Assembly: GCA_024704765.1 (NCBI GenBank)
Contig: JAKMXF010000266.1
Span: 510,914 to 574,913 of the forward strand
Reading direction: 5' to 3'
DNA: 64,000 nt
Source: Oopsacas minuta
Taxonomy: Eukaryota; Animalia; Porifera
The translations under genes were made by a program, and so were the position numbers. The notes below the pieces were generated by a model. That model was not told where the DNA came from. It saw only the letters and a list, made by a program, of their open reading frames with translations, and ran no database searches. Below, piece by piece: positions 1 to 13,555 of the stretch (positions are counted from its first letter, which is position 1; the number at the start of each line of letters is the position of its first letter).

Positions 1-3000
1 ATGTGCTATTCTGAGTAATCTAGCTTCAACATTATCATTATCAGCATACAAAGATAGTTGGACACCTTGTGAGTTTGTTAAGATACCAGGTTCCAATGAA
101 GTTTCATCCAAATTACATATCTGTTATATAACATATAATACTGACGTTTGTATACTCTACTTAATCAGAATATCACATAATAGGAAATTTCTAGCAAAAT
201 GCCAGTGATAAAACCTATAACAAATGACTTTTACAATTCTAACGCTAACGAATGTAATTATTCAGGTACATGATAATTTTTGTTTCCCGAAGGTGTACGT
301 CTTATCCGAGTTCTACTATATATTGTAAATTATGATGTAAATTAACCTTGAGGTTCCATCCCTGATCTGAGCTGATTACTAGCCCTGTTGCCCAGTAGTA
401 TACCTCTGAGGTAAGATACTCTTTCAGTTCATATCTGACTCCATCGTGAAATATTGTTCCATTAGGTAGACACTTTACTAGATAGCTCTTTGATATATCA
501 TCCATATTCGTTCTAAAATATATGTACGTATCTATACATTGTAGCCTGCACAAACAGGCAGTTCTGGAGGTTCACTTGTATGGGAATATGAATTCGCTAT
601 ATTTATTCACTCCATTTCAAAAGGTGTCCCGTTTCCACAGGCCCTGTTTGTGGAGATTACACTGTATTTATGATGGTTGAAATGAACGTATATTTATGAG
701 TAAAAATAATTATTAATATTATTCATAGCATTTTGAGTAGAGTTCTACATTAACTACACAAGATGTCATCATTACCATTCGCAGAATTGGGAGTTATGGG
801 TAGGAAACTTATACAGCTAAAAAGAATCTCATTTCACTACTCAAAAACATTTAACGCTAGTCATGGTATTAGGAAATATCTAGATGGAGATTTGGTAGCA
901 TTTGCTAGCAAGTTTCCTTCAGTAGCAATCTACCTACGTCAAGATGATGGGGAGCCTAGAATAGAGGCAGAGTATCTTTGCGGTACAAAAAAGACGGTTC
1001 CTTTAAAGAAATATACTCCTGAGAAAATAAAGAATGAATTATGGAAGCTACGTTCCGAGTCAGGCATAAACGTGGGTCAAATTGTGAGATATTGGCACAC
1101 AACTCGACCGTCTATTCAAGGCAACTGGCACCCATTCATGTTTCCATTCCCAGACAATTCTCAATACTGTATACGAGACCGTGAAGATAAGATTAACAAT
1201 CTGGAGTAATTTAGTATTAGCTATTTAGAATTATTAAATAATATCACTTACCTAAAATCTCTGGGAAGAGAAGAATGGGTAGATTCGTGTCCACAATATT
1301 CTGTTTGTAAGGGAATAGTTTCAAATTGCTCTAGTTTGCTTAGTTCTATCCCTCCAGGTAGAGAAATAGGAAGCAAGTTGGCAAGTAACTAAAGATATGA
1401 AAATTGTTAATTATAGTCGATTCCTGTTATTTTCAAACTTAAGGGATCACAAAATTTCAGTATAATCACGCAGGCACCAGCTACACTCGAATAGTGAGTC
1501 TTCTACATCTAACTCTAAGTAATGAAGTCTCACTATAACGATAATTAAACTTACCCTCATAAGTAGAATATTCCAGAATCCCAGTGGTAAGAATCTCATC
1601 TTATAAATCCTTTTGCACTTATTGCCTGCTAGGAATGTATCAGCTCCCACCTGTCCATCTTCTGCTCTCTGTACACAGCCTGGGAGAGTAGTGTCTAACC
1701 CAGCTGGCATTATTACGTAGTTTCTTGATAGACGGGTACAAATGTTGTTAGCAGTTAGGAATTTCTAAAAATAAATTATCCTTAGTTTCTGAAGTGGCTA
1801 TTATCGCCCCGACCTCTCAGTGGTAATAGCTTCACCCTTACTTTTAACGGTGGGGAATATTTCTTATTCAATTCTCACTTTTCCATGGAATACCCAGAGA
1901 CTAAGTTTATATCTATCCAATTAAACGAATCGACGAACTATCATATGGACAGATAAATATTAGTTATACTGTAGTATACTTACAAGAAACTCTTCTAATA
2001 CATAGGGTACTTCTTCTTCTTGTACTTCTGTGTCCAATTCATCTTGTAATTGTACTGAATTTGATGATCGTCTTATATACCTCCTGCTATCCATGATTGC
2101 TATATACAGATTATAATAAAATATTTGTGCTTAAGTTTTATCATGCTTTGTTCTTATATTGGTGATTTTTTTGTAATATTTTTGCACATATAATACTGGG
2201 CCAAGGCTGTAAAACCTCGATGGCTACAATGATTAATTTCCCGCTAACTATTAAGCATATACAAATACAGTTGTTAACATACAAATATTAGTTGGAGCGA
2301 ATATCATTGCGAGATTGTCTAGTGGTAGAATTCCAGAAGGAAAATTGTTGAAACAATTCCCTCTTCCCATCTGTGAGTGTAGCAATATATCTGATAACAC
2401 ATCAGCTAGTAGTTGTAGATTGAAGGATATGTAGCATTGATTCTCTCTTGTCACGTGTTTGAAGAGGAGACCTTCCTATAATTAGAAATTACTTAATACC
2501 TAACTCCAGCATTTTCTAACTAGGAAAGATCTAATAGTATCAAAAGAGTGGGGGCCAAGACTTGCTATGCAGGGGTCGTTCATACTTTACTTAACGCTAA
2601 TTCCCCGAAATTTGCCAAATATTCTGCTCGCATCCTCAACATGTATTCTTAACGTGCTTACATTCACCATATTTTATCGTAATACATTAATATGACGACA
2701 TAATATACTACAAAATACGAATTCGGACATTTCCTCATGGACATATAGATTGATATACCGTGGGAGGTTCCACTGGATTAATTAATTAACAGACAAACTT
2801 ATCGCCAGAATTTGTGAATTTATCATTCATGCATCGTGATGTTATAGATAAGCAACCTCCAAGAAGTGGATAACCTGTCCAATTTGGGCACCAGGATATA
2901 TATCTGGGGTCACATAACTCAAACACTCAGTCATCCTTTATATTCAATTTTCACGATTAATGCTTTTATGCAATATTTTGATTACATAAGTTCTGCATTA

Positions 3001-6000
3001 TTTTCAAAAAAGATAACAGGCAAAGTATAAATATAACCAGAATAATACCTGCATGCATATACGTATTAGAGAACATATAAATTGCTAGTCTAGTTGGCCA
3101 GATACTCAATGATTCACTAATTAAACTCTTGTGTTCGTCTGCAAGACGAGTAACAATAATACTTGTCTACTATTTTATAGCAGTTAACTTTTCAATCAAT
3201 TATCAAATGGAACACAATCTCCTATGCACTCCAGCAGAGATGGTAGCACATGAACCTTTAGAGAGGACAGCATGTGACTTCTCTAACAAGAATACTGTGT
3301 TTAGAGTAGAAACACGTAAATACTCACAGCAATACGCTCAGATATACAATGCACGGATGAAAGGGATTAGGGAGAGATTGGAACAAACTGCAGAGAAGAA
3401 ATGGGGTATCAAACCTCTAGTTGAGATAGCAAGTATTATTGAAGGAGAAAGGTATATTACGTAGACTTAATACCTGTATTTATTCGCTATACAATCAACT
3501 CCCCGTTATATCGAAGCCCAAGAAACCGACATAACTTCGGTATAACCGATGATATTTATGTTAATTTTGATAGTTTGGGATTATATTTATACATTTCAGA
3601 ATTCGATATATCCATGTTCAATGTAACGGGAGTTGACTGAAGGGATAATTTGCCAAGAAATATATTCCCCAACATTATCACTATAGCCAATAGAAATACA
3701 GTCTTGCAACCTGTTTAGCTTCTACTAACGTATTCCTACTGTATGTATTATTGGTAGAAACCCGATCTTCGTAAGTAATTAAATGTTCGATAATTCGATT
3801 TGCAGTTATTAATAAGGGATTTTGTGGTTTGTAAAATCCCTTCAAACAGGTGCTGTATAGTGGGTAACATCTTCAAAGACATGAGACTTAAACCAAGCGT
3901 ATTAAGAGAGTTGTCAGAAGATCATCACCTTATCCCCCTTCCTCCTCGTAAGAAGTATACTGAGCAAGAGGACTATCTAATCCTAGAGGATCATTCTCTA
4001 CGTCTGACTCTTATAACCGATCAAACAGATACAGATACACTTGTTACAGGCGTTCCTGTGGTTATAGTTGGTTGTCAAGAAAACAGAGGTCGCTTCAAAG
4101 TGGAAGAACTGGCATATGCCTCTATCCTAGGTCCTGAGCTATCCATTCCAATACCAGATGATAAATACTTGTTGTTAGTATCAGGCTTAAACGTGGGAGG
4201 AGCGAATACCGACATGTTAAGCCTAGAGCTTCTAATTGACCACCTAACAGGGTGTGGGGGTGGAATACAAGACAGTGAAATAATGTCTAAAGTTTGTCAT
4301 GTAATAATCGCCGGTAATCTAATCGCTGATAAATACGTGAGGATAGGTAAGGATAGGAATCAGACTGTGTCCACATTAGAAAGTGTTAGTACAGCTGATA
4401 GTTATCTCTCTCGTATGGTGACATCACTACAAGTTACGTTAATGCCAGGCACGAATGAGCCTGGTAACATCACTCTACCTCAGCAGCCTCTGTATGAACC
4501 AATGTTTCCTAAGTCTATTAGTTATTCTACACTTAATATGGTTACTAATCCTAACTCTATGTCTATTGATGGTAGAACTCTACTAGGTGAGTAATACTTA
4601 GGTATTTAATAGATTATGACATTCTATACAAGGTCATAGCAAGCAGATTTCAATTAGTCAGGTGACCTAAACCAAATATGTATACGGAGTCACCTAACTT
4701 AGTCAGGTTGGGAAATGCTATTTCTATTAACAGTCGAAACGTTGGTCTTGTTAAAATCTGACCACACCAGACAGTCTCCTACGATAATGCTTTCTAAGGT
4801 TCATACCATGTCCAGCAGTACTAAAAAAGTTCATTTAAATTGTTACAAAGTACCATCGCCGAGGTTAAACAAAATGAGAAGCCTAAACGCTTTTAGAGGG
4901 ATTTCCGATGGAGTTTCCAGTGATATGATATCCACCCAATCTGAGTAACTGTTAAAAGTGTTTCTCTGCTTTGCTACAATCGATCGTAATCGTAACAAGG
5001 CAATAGTGATCGGCAAAATTATGAACTTGTAGGTGTAAATTATATATTAACTTCGCTTAAAATTGATAAAAAAACTGTCCCTAGACTCTAGAAGTACTGA
5101 ACTCGCGCCTACGCTCACATTTCTTCTGACCCATTTATTGATTGCTGCAAATCTATAAATTTTTGTTTTACTGCCACAGTTTCCGCGCTCCTCAACAATA
5201 TAACCCTGATTAGTTGTGTGTTCATCGTTTCATAGCCCCGATCGTATTTTGTAGACATGTTAATAAATGTAATATGCTTAGGCACATCTGGACAGAACAT
5301 TGATAACATATACAAATTTTGTACAACAGAAGACCGTATGGCTATTCTTGAGAGTACCCTCAAATGGGGTCACATGGCTCCTACAGCCCCAGAAACACTC
5401 AGCTGCTACCCATACGATCATTCACACCTCGAACCGTTTATAATACAACAACTTCCGAATATATATTTCGCAGGGAATCAGCCTGAATTCAAATTTAAGT
5501 ATTACGAGCCTGAAGGGGAAAGTACACTACTTATACTGGTGCCTGATTTTAGCATAGTCAATACGTGTGTACTTGTCAATTTGAAGAATCTAGAATGTCA
5601 TAGCATGAGTTTTGCTACACAGCTTAATTCTAACGGGGATGACAACAACAATCCTATTCCTATGGAGATGTAGTGTTGTAGTGGCAACTGTAGTTGGAAG
5701 TATTAAATAATAATTAAGCTATTCTTCTTACGTTATTATATGCTATATTTCATTCTTAGAATTTCAGTAAAAGTTGCCAATTTTTGAATTAAAAGTAGAA
5801 GTGCTATACAGGGAAGCTGAATTTGTTTTCGGATTATTTGGCGGGATATCTTGGCTGGCGCCGCCAATTAGACCAGTTGGGAGTGGTGTCCGGACACCCA
5901 AGGTGGCAGTGGCACTGGATATGATGGGATTTGAAAAGATTTGATTGATTTGATTTGATTTGAATGAAATATACATCAAATCCACAACACTGCATGCCTA

Positions 6001-9000
6001 CAACGTGGTTTAGAATATTTTCTTAAGTTGAATGAAAAGTGATGAACCAGATCGTGCGACCTCTTGTATATTATTATTCTACATAAAATTAGAATTAAAT
6101 TCAATGGCTTGTAATATACAAGAACCCGACGAGGTAGTCTATGTATCAGATATGGAGGATCTTATACATAACACTTTTGATAAAATAATATCAAAAGTAA
6201 ACTTAAGAAGAGAAAAACTAATATCACAATTCAGAGATATACAAACACAGAAAAATGCTATTTTCCAATCAATTGATCAGCTCAAATCAGCCAGATCCAT
6301 TCTACAAGAGAAATTACGGATTAATCCCCTTTCAGCAATACAACAACGAACTACTGCAGATATCGATGGAGCACTAGCTAACCTACAATTAGAAGCTAGT
6401 ATAGAGCACATATTTGTGTGTAATGAGAAGAATTTAGATAATGCTCTAACAAGGCTAGGCGGTTTTGAACTACAACCCAATCAATATATCGCGAAAAGTA
6501 TCCCAAAGTTTGCATTCGGAGCTGATTCAAAGTCATCCTTACGAAAACCTGTAAGACTTTCTGTTGACGAGTCGTTAGACTTAATCGCGGTTACTGACAG
6601 CATTTCCAAACAAATATATCTATTCTCCCTAGAAGGTAAATATCTCAATTCTTTCGGGAAAGATTATTTTGCGCATCCTTGTGCCATTAAAATAATTAAT
6701 CACAACGAAATACTAGTCACTGATTATCAGAAAGAGGATATGTCATTAATTCAATACGAACGCGGTAAAAAAGAAAAGTTTAAGTTAAAACTAAAACTAA
6801 ACGAGAGGAGATGCATTACTTCATTAGATTACGATAAGAACAATAATCAGATATACGCTACAGAATCCATTACACATTCTCTATTGATCTTCAATAAAGA
6901 ATTCAAAATCATTACAGACCTGAATAATCTATTCCTTTTCCCACAAAATGTAGTTATTACCGACACAGAAATATACATACAAGATCACAATAATCCTTGT
7001 TTTCATATTTTATCAAAATATACACTTGAATTTAGTCGGTCACTTATTTCACGTGGATTACACCTAAGTACTGAATCACCATTAAGTTTTACTATCGACC
7101 AAAAAGGCTGTATTATTATAGGAGATAAATCCGGTGTAATACAAGTGTATGCACCGTCTGGACAGCTGATTCATACCTTCGCTAAGAAAGGAACAGAACT
7201 CGGGGAGGTATATTCACCTACTGGAATATTCGTTAGAAGTAACTATGACGTAATTGTTATATCTAACAGCCCTAATTATCCTATTCAAGTGTTTTAAAAC
7301 TGAGTAAAATGTTTATAATTTAAGACCGATATCAGCGTAACCTCTATTATCCGAATGCTGTTTACCAGTCCCAACGAGTTCGGGTAAGTGAGGTTGTACT
7401 TTATTATTTGTATATTTAAATGTGATTTATATTCTGTATTAAGATATTCACGTAAACATATATATACCAGTCATAGTGAAGAAATTGAGGTGTGGATATT
7501 TTAGTGGGACATTGGGATTATTCCGGCACGTAGTATATTCATACTAGCTCGGATATTTCTGCATTCAGGGGGACGTTTTTGCAAGGACATGACACTGATT
7601 ATTGTCGGAAATAGGAGCAGCTGAAAATATTTACTCTATTTGACTAAAAAACGACAATTTAATTAACGCTAATTACGAATCGAAATTTCCCAAAAATATA
7701 CACACACTATGCGGCACATTATGCAATGCACGTATTTCTTACTTTTGACATTTATTTTTCTTAAAGAAATCTGCGTTTATAAAATACTCACTATTACAGT
7801 CAAGGATTTATGGTATTAAACTAGAGAAAATAAAGATTCAGACATACGGATATCGTAGAAATTTACACATAACGAGCTCCGAAAATATAATTTATGTATA
7901 AACTTTGAGTGAATAAAAATCCTTGCTATTTCCTATTTATACTCGTCGAATTATACAACTATACCTCGTGAAAGAATGTGATCATATCTGATACAGCTTC
8001 CTTGCTCAAATCATGTCCAATCTCACTCCTTAAGAAACCTGTTCCTCTCAGAGAATGATATATATCATCTGAACATACCAGCGGCTGAGTGAAGAACTTC
8101 TCAAAAGGTTGAATACTACAGCTCTTCTTCTTTATCCTGGTTCTAACGTTCTCCTAATTTGAATACATCCGCTTATACATATAGCAATATAGTGTATACA
8201 AATTTAGAATTTTATTTAGAAAATACACTTGTACAGGCTACTTACCCTGACTTCTCTGATTCTCTTCTCAAACTCCAAATAGAGCAGAGGAACACTCTTA
8301 GCATAAGCTGCTTGTTCTAATCGAATGCATATATCTTGTGTCAGACGGGCAGTTAGCTTTGGCATACCTTCTCCTACAAAATATCCTTGAATTTAATCGT
8401 ATCCAATATTTGTAATTGGTTAAGGACGCTACATGGAGATTTATAATGGGAGTTAGGAACTGTCATAAAATTATTCCTTGTAACGAATACGAGTTACCCG
8501 TAGTAATATTGAATCAGAAATTGTAATATGCATAGCGTTATGATCGATTTTGACTTTGTCAACTCGCCGATTTTAGAAAGCAACAATTACCAAAATCGAC
8601 AACACATTAACAATATAAGGATACACCATATACTTGTACTTACCAGTTAATGAACTCACAAATTGTACATCTATAACACTTGGTACCAGATTAACTCCAT
8701 CTGGATTGACCTTACCCAGTTTACTGGATGGAGACGAGTATACTGAATTTGTCATATCATTTATTAACACTAGATTCATGTCTTTGATGTACTGGCTTAT
8801 AGAATTTATTATAACTACTTTTTTCGTATCTCTTTCATCCTTCAGTATCTCGTCTAAGTGTGTGAACACTAATACACACGTTAATGATCTGTCCTTTTTC
8901 CAGGATACAGCTTGTATAGACATTAACAAAACTCTAAGTGGTTCTCTTAGGCTATTTTGAAATTTAATATCTTTCAGGAGTTCTACCATATTACACACTA

Positions 9001-10860
9001 TGACGTGGAGACTTGAACTTGGACGGAACATATTGTACAGTGGTTGAAATATCTAAAGATATTCAAACTAATAAAAAGATGATAAACTGGAGCCCACTTT
9101 GGGGCTTCGAGAACGACTAACCGACTAGTGCACAAAGCCCCCTCTGATTGGAATCTCGCATGGGCCCCCAACCCAGCATGCCCCTGGGACCTCTATACTA
9201 ATTTTAACACATTCTGTTGGCCCCTGTTATCGTCCGTAGTAGATCAAGGGAGCCTATGGACCACAGGTTGGGAACCGCTAACATTGTAGTCAAAGGAAAT
9301 TCTAATTTATCTCTGACAAATCTCTAAAGCAACTTGCAAAAAATAGTAATTTTACAAAGACAATTGCAATTGTCCTGACCATAAATTGCCTAATAATCGT
9401 TGTCATAGCACTACTGAGAGGCTGATGCACCCTATTGTATATGGTAACGTACTGAATCTCCTGAAAAATCCCAAATATCAAAAAGGGAATCAAGACGTTT
9501 CCAGAATTGTAAAGTTTTCGATCTGGTCTTCCATTCATATATCTTCAATCCTTGTGTCATTCTTTCAGACTTTTGTTGTATTGGTTTTTCTAATAACTTG
9601 TGTATTAGGCTAGTTTTCCCTGACTTACTCAGTCCAATCACAACTATTCTATGTCTGTTCCAAATATTGTTTGAATCGGATAGGTTCAATTGTGTTAGAT
9701 ATCTATAAGGTATAGAATACGTAAGTGTTTTACTTTTAAAAATTAAAATATAATACTCGCAATTATTGTGAAGAATTAGATACGGTTGAATCGGGTGTTT
9801 TGCCTTTATACGAGCATGACAATACCGGCTCCAACGCGTCGCCCCTATAATCCCTACAACCTATCACTAATAGACCATTAGCGGAACACCACTATATAAA
9901 TACATTAAGCAGATTATACTGTACTAACGTTCTTATGTTAGTTAGACCGAGATCAGCAATATATCTGGGTGGCGAGATAAGCGGAAGATTATCAACATTC
10001 AGGAATTTGAGTGTGTTGTTCAGATGTCCATTGAATACTTTAATCTACAGAATATATAGATTAATTCCTGAATAAATTGACACCAGAAATATTAAGAAAT
10101 TTTACTGAAATATTTGTATTATGGTACTCACAGGATTATTTGATATGTCCAGATACTCCAGTAGCTTTAGACAGTCCAGTAATGTTACTTGTATCTCTTT
10201 TAGATTGTTATTCTGTAATTGTAACATCCAAATTTGACATTTACTTTTCTTAAAGAAATCTTCGCCAAATAACCCGAACAAATCTTGAGAATTACTCGGT
10301 GAGATAGCTGATTTGGCGACTTTTAATTCTTTCGTGTTTTGAGTTTCGAAATTTTCTTCCTCAAAACCATAATTTTCCAAATCAATCGTCAAAATATTGT
10401 TATCATTCGCTAGTAAAATTTGTATTTTTGAGCCAAGTATCCAAAAGCCGGGTAGAAATGATAACCGATTATGCGAAATATCTAAGTATATTAGATCAGG
10501 GGTAGTGTAAATTTCTCTTGGAATGAAGTGTAACTTGTTATTTCGCAGTTTGACTACTGAGAGCTTATGGTAATTGAAGAGATCTAGCTTTGGGAATAAA
10601 ATAATTTGGCAAATTTTCGTTATATATTTCCAATATTGGTGAAATAGTTTCTACCTGTTTTGAATGAGAACCATGATGGGTGAAGGCAACGTAATTTCTT
10701 ATTACTCCAATCTAATGAAAAAGTAATTGAAAATCGCAGTATATGTGTATTTACAATGCTGGAATTATAGTACAAATGCGGATTAGGAGAAGCAAGATTG
10801 AAGTAGGAATTTTCCCAGAATTTACATGTTGCACAGCGTGTTTCCACGTGTGTTTGTACT
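1..10860 (-). CDS. ROCO-family (LRR-ROC-COR, LRRK-like) protein, multi-exon; continues past the left edge; 5' end uncertain
   Basis: Phase-consistent GT-AG exons read by eye: about 10132-10850 (LRRs; internal structure uncertain), 9929-10044 (LISPPRYIADLG pre-ROC motif), 9453-9702 (GLSKSGKTSL P-loop, DIWDFSG), 8644-9052 (VFTHLD, FVSS), 8246-8373, 7965-8153, 2283-2475, 1984-2099, 1555-1764 (RIYKMRFLPLGFW, matching the LRRK COR motif RLYEMPYFPMGFW), 1252-1388, 347-545 (YYWATGLVI) and 1-120. No kinase domain is visible in the window. Confidence 0.85.
763..1209 (+). CDS. MRPL43: Mitochondrial ribosomal protein L43, intronless, nested antisense in a ROCO intron
   Basis: L51/S25/CI-B8 fold motifs SHGIRKYL..FA..FPSV, PRIEAEYLCG, LRSESG and C-terminal WHTTRPSIQGNWHPF. 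Confidence 0.9.
   Translation: MSSLPFAELGVMGRKLIQLKRISFHYSKTFNASHGIRKYLDGDLVAFASKFPSVAIYLRQDDGEPRIEAEYLCGTKKTVPLKKYTPEKIKNELWKLRSESGINVGQIVRYWHTTRPSIQGNWHPFMFPFPDNSQYCIRDREDKINNLE
3207..5673 (+). CDS. POLD2: DNA polymerase delta subunit 2 (p50/Pol31), 3 exons, nested antisense in a ROCO intron
   Basis: Exons 3207-3451, 3850-4586 and 5282-5673 join in phase. Motifs: QQYAQIY..R, CCIVGNIFKDMRLKPSVL, LILED, VIIAGN, MPGTNEP..TLPQQP, VTNP, GTSGQNIDNI, HMAPTAPETL.CYP, YFAGNQPEF, LVPDFS. Confidence 0.93.
6104..7297 (+). CDS. Coiled-coil + NHL/6-bladed beta-propeller protein (TRIM-NHL-like C-terminal part), intronless, nested in a ROCO intron
   Basis: ORF 6032-7297; first ATG with a plausible context is at 6104. 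N-terminal helical region, then NHL-type repeats (KPVRLSVD..IAVTD, HPCAIKI..ILVTD, KGTELGEVYSPTGIFV). Confidence 0.75.
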   Translation: MACNIQEPDEVVYVSDMEDLIHNTFDKIISKVNLRREKLISQFRDIQTQKNAIFQSIDQLKSARSILQEKLRINPLSAIQQRTTADIDGALANLQLEASIEHIFVCNEKNLDNALTRLGGFELQPNQYIAKSIPKFAFGADSKSSLRKPVRLSVDESLDLIAVTDSISKQIYLFSLEGKYLNSFGKDYFAHPCAIKIINHNEILVTDYQKEDMSLIQYERGKKEKFKLKLKLNERRCITSLDYDKNNNQIYATESITHSLLIFNKEFKIITDLNNLFLFPQNVVITDTEIYIQDHNNPCFHILSKYTLEFSRSLISRGLHLSTESPLSFTIDQKGCIIIGDKSGVIQVYAPSGQLIHTFAKKGTELGEVYSPTGIFVRSNYDVIVISNSPNYPIQVF

Positions 10861-11569
10861 TAGTCGTTGTTGGAGTTAGATTTTTGCAAGGATATCACTA
10901 AATATCCCCTATATGTATGTCTTCCTACTTCACAGATTCTAATTTCAAATTTGAGTCAATTCCTACTTGAAGAGTAGGTGATTTTCTACAGAAACTAGTT
11001 TTGTGATTTGGGTTCAATTCCAAAATTAGAATTTTGTGCCAAGTCCTATCTCGTACAAAATCGACATACACAATGGTATCTACTATAGGTACCATCCATC
11101 AATAGTTTATTACCTATCATTAGTCGTGGAATATACTGTGCTCTACAACCTTCTGTTTTCAACGGTTGCTCCATGTCTTGTGGTTCCCAGGTGCTGCTAT
11201 ACCTATTGTTAGTTGTATTAGCGTACATTGGCTGCATTGAATATTCATCTGGATTGATAGCTAATTTATTCGTAACCTAAAGTAAGGTATTATAAATTGG
11301 ATAGTAAAATATCCCATAATTGAAGCTTAATAGTCATACGTGGTAAGTGTTACTGATTATCTTATCCAGCTTAACTCACCATACAGTACTGAATAGCTGG
11401 AAATTTGTTAAACAAGCTCATTCCTGCTTGCTTAGCGAATTGTCCTACCACTAACTTTGTTGGATGGAAATCATTGTCGTATAGAGTACTTGTAAGCTCG
11501 AAGCTGTTGTTACTGAAAGACCATCTGTAGACCTAATGAACATCCATGTAAAATTCTAGAATACGATCC

Positions 11570-12063
11570 TTTGGCTCGTCGCTTCGCGATGAACTCGGCG
11601 CATTGCGAAACGAGGTATCCATTAACTCTAAATTGACGGCCCCTTTGAGTATTATAATATAGCTATATTTAGAACAATGTAACCTCAATTTTGAAATTTT
11701 ACTTTATGTACCTAAAAGTAAACAAATATTCACAATATGTTGTTTACAATACCATATTCGGACTCAGCATACTGAATACCCCAGGATAGTCGTTGAAAGT
11801 ATGATTCTACCTTAATTTTGAAATTTGTTTACTTTATATTCATAAAAATAACAATAAATTTACATATGATTAATCCAAAAGTGTGATAATCGGATTCAGC
11901 ATGTTCGATATATTTAGTGAAGTTTTATTGAATTATATTTACTTCTTCGATAAACACAATAAATGCATAGTTATGCAACAACTTCAAAATTACATACCGT
12001 AAATTCTTTCCTTGACAACAGACAAACAAACAGACAACAAATGAGATCTAATAATATAGATTC
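11570..12063. repeat. Dispersed repeat, copy 1 (paired with 23102-23638)
   Basis: 11570-11617 (ttggctcgtcgcttcgcgatgaactcggcgcattgcg) and about 11690-12063 are near-identical to sequence at 23102-23638 in the same orientation. Confidence 0.85.
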
Positions 12064-12376
12064 TACAAGGGACATCCGACATCAGCGCGGGATATATTGA
12101 CAACTCGTAAATATTATTTAAGCACCTTTCATCCAAAATTGCCAAATCGTATTATTTTTTAGCATTGGGTTTAGGGATACAATACGTATAATACAATATA
12201 ATAATCATTCCATATACCATACTTACCATATCTAAGTATTTTGCTTTCTCCGTCCCTTTCAGCTAAAAAGTAAAACAATCATCTTATATGCAGCAAGCCA
12301 GTACATAATAGCATATTGTTCCTCTGAGATTACCCCATTGTAAATTGTACTTCCAAGTCAACAACAATACACTTAC

Positions 12377-12846
12377 CTTGTTTAATTTTTGTATAGAAAC
12401 CAGGCTAGCTATATTAGTTAATATTATATTCTGATATCTGGTTACTATCTCAGCACTTCCAACTTCATAATAAGACAGAGATACTTCTTGTTTTATACAT
12501 AGCTCCTACAGGATTATTATTAACATATAAATATGGTAGCTTTATTACGAAAACCGTATTTCTTACGTCTATTGTTTCTGTATCTAATATCCTTGCTTCA
12601 GGATTTTCTAAGTGTGTTCCTATAAGTGTAATGTGTGCATCTTTGTTGATACGTTTACACTCAACTAGCCATGGTTGTATGTTTTTACAGGGTTCCTTGG
12701 TAATGAGGTGAAATATATAATTGAAATATACAACATAATAGAATAATTGGTAAATTTATACCCACTCTAATGTTGAGGTCGAATAGAATGATGATTATAT
12801 CTGGTAGTGTTTCAGTGTGTTCCTCTACCAACCCCCTTCCTTCTAT
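12377..12846 (-). CDS. Exons of a degenerate Ras/Rab-like small GTPase domain (C-terminal half); may be the 5' part of the ROCO gene or a separate gene
   Basis: Phase-consistent exons 12766-12846, 12566-12695 and 12377-12505 translate to LPDIIIILFDLNIR-EPCKNIQPWLVECKRINKDAHITLIGTHLE...SYYEVGSA. This matches the small-GTPase pattern AIILVFD..RESF.NI..WL....ILVG.K.D...YYE.SA. No P-loop exon was located. Confidence 0.55.
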
Positions 12847-13555
12847 CTGCGAAATTGAACATATAATTTATTACCATTCTAAAAACATGCTTTTTTTGCA
12901 AAATTCACTCTCCTTTGAACACGATAGAGTTCCCACCCGAGATAAACCCAATAATGAAGAAATAATTTTGGCTCCAAGTTGTTGATAACTTAACAAGAAC
13001 TCCAATACAAAACGGTCAAATGTAGAAAAGTCAGTGCTGCATTTCCGTATTTATTATGACTAAGGGAGGATCATTTGATAAATATTCCCTAATCAGCTGA
13101 CTGGGTTCGTGATATGACCCTACTCACAGAGAACTTACGAAATTGACATGTATACTCTCTGAGAGGAGGTTGACTTGATGAGGAGTGACTCTCGTGATTT
13201 CTTGTATTGCTCGTCTCTATAATGCAATTATGTGTAGTAATTAGTAATGCGTGATAAATACAATAATAATATCCGTATAACATATCTCTTCAAATTACCT
13301 AATAATCATTCAAAATAGGTGAAATAAATGCCAATTAACGAAATTCGAGATGATGTTCGTTCTGTAATCCGTACAGTTAACTGAATCATTTTGTATTATA
13401 TTTACGAGCTGAATACTCGCTGGAAATGAATTAAGCGAACTTGATGTGTATTTAAAGTAAGCTAACTATCTTATATGTCTACCTTTATTACAATATTTTC
13501 TTTACTATATTGTGATTAGATTTTTGCTATCAAATTACATAACCTCACCAACACC

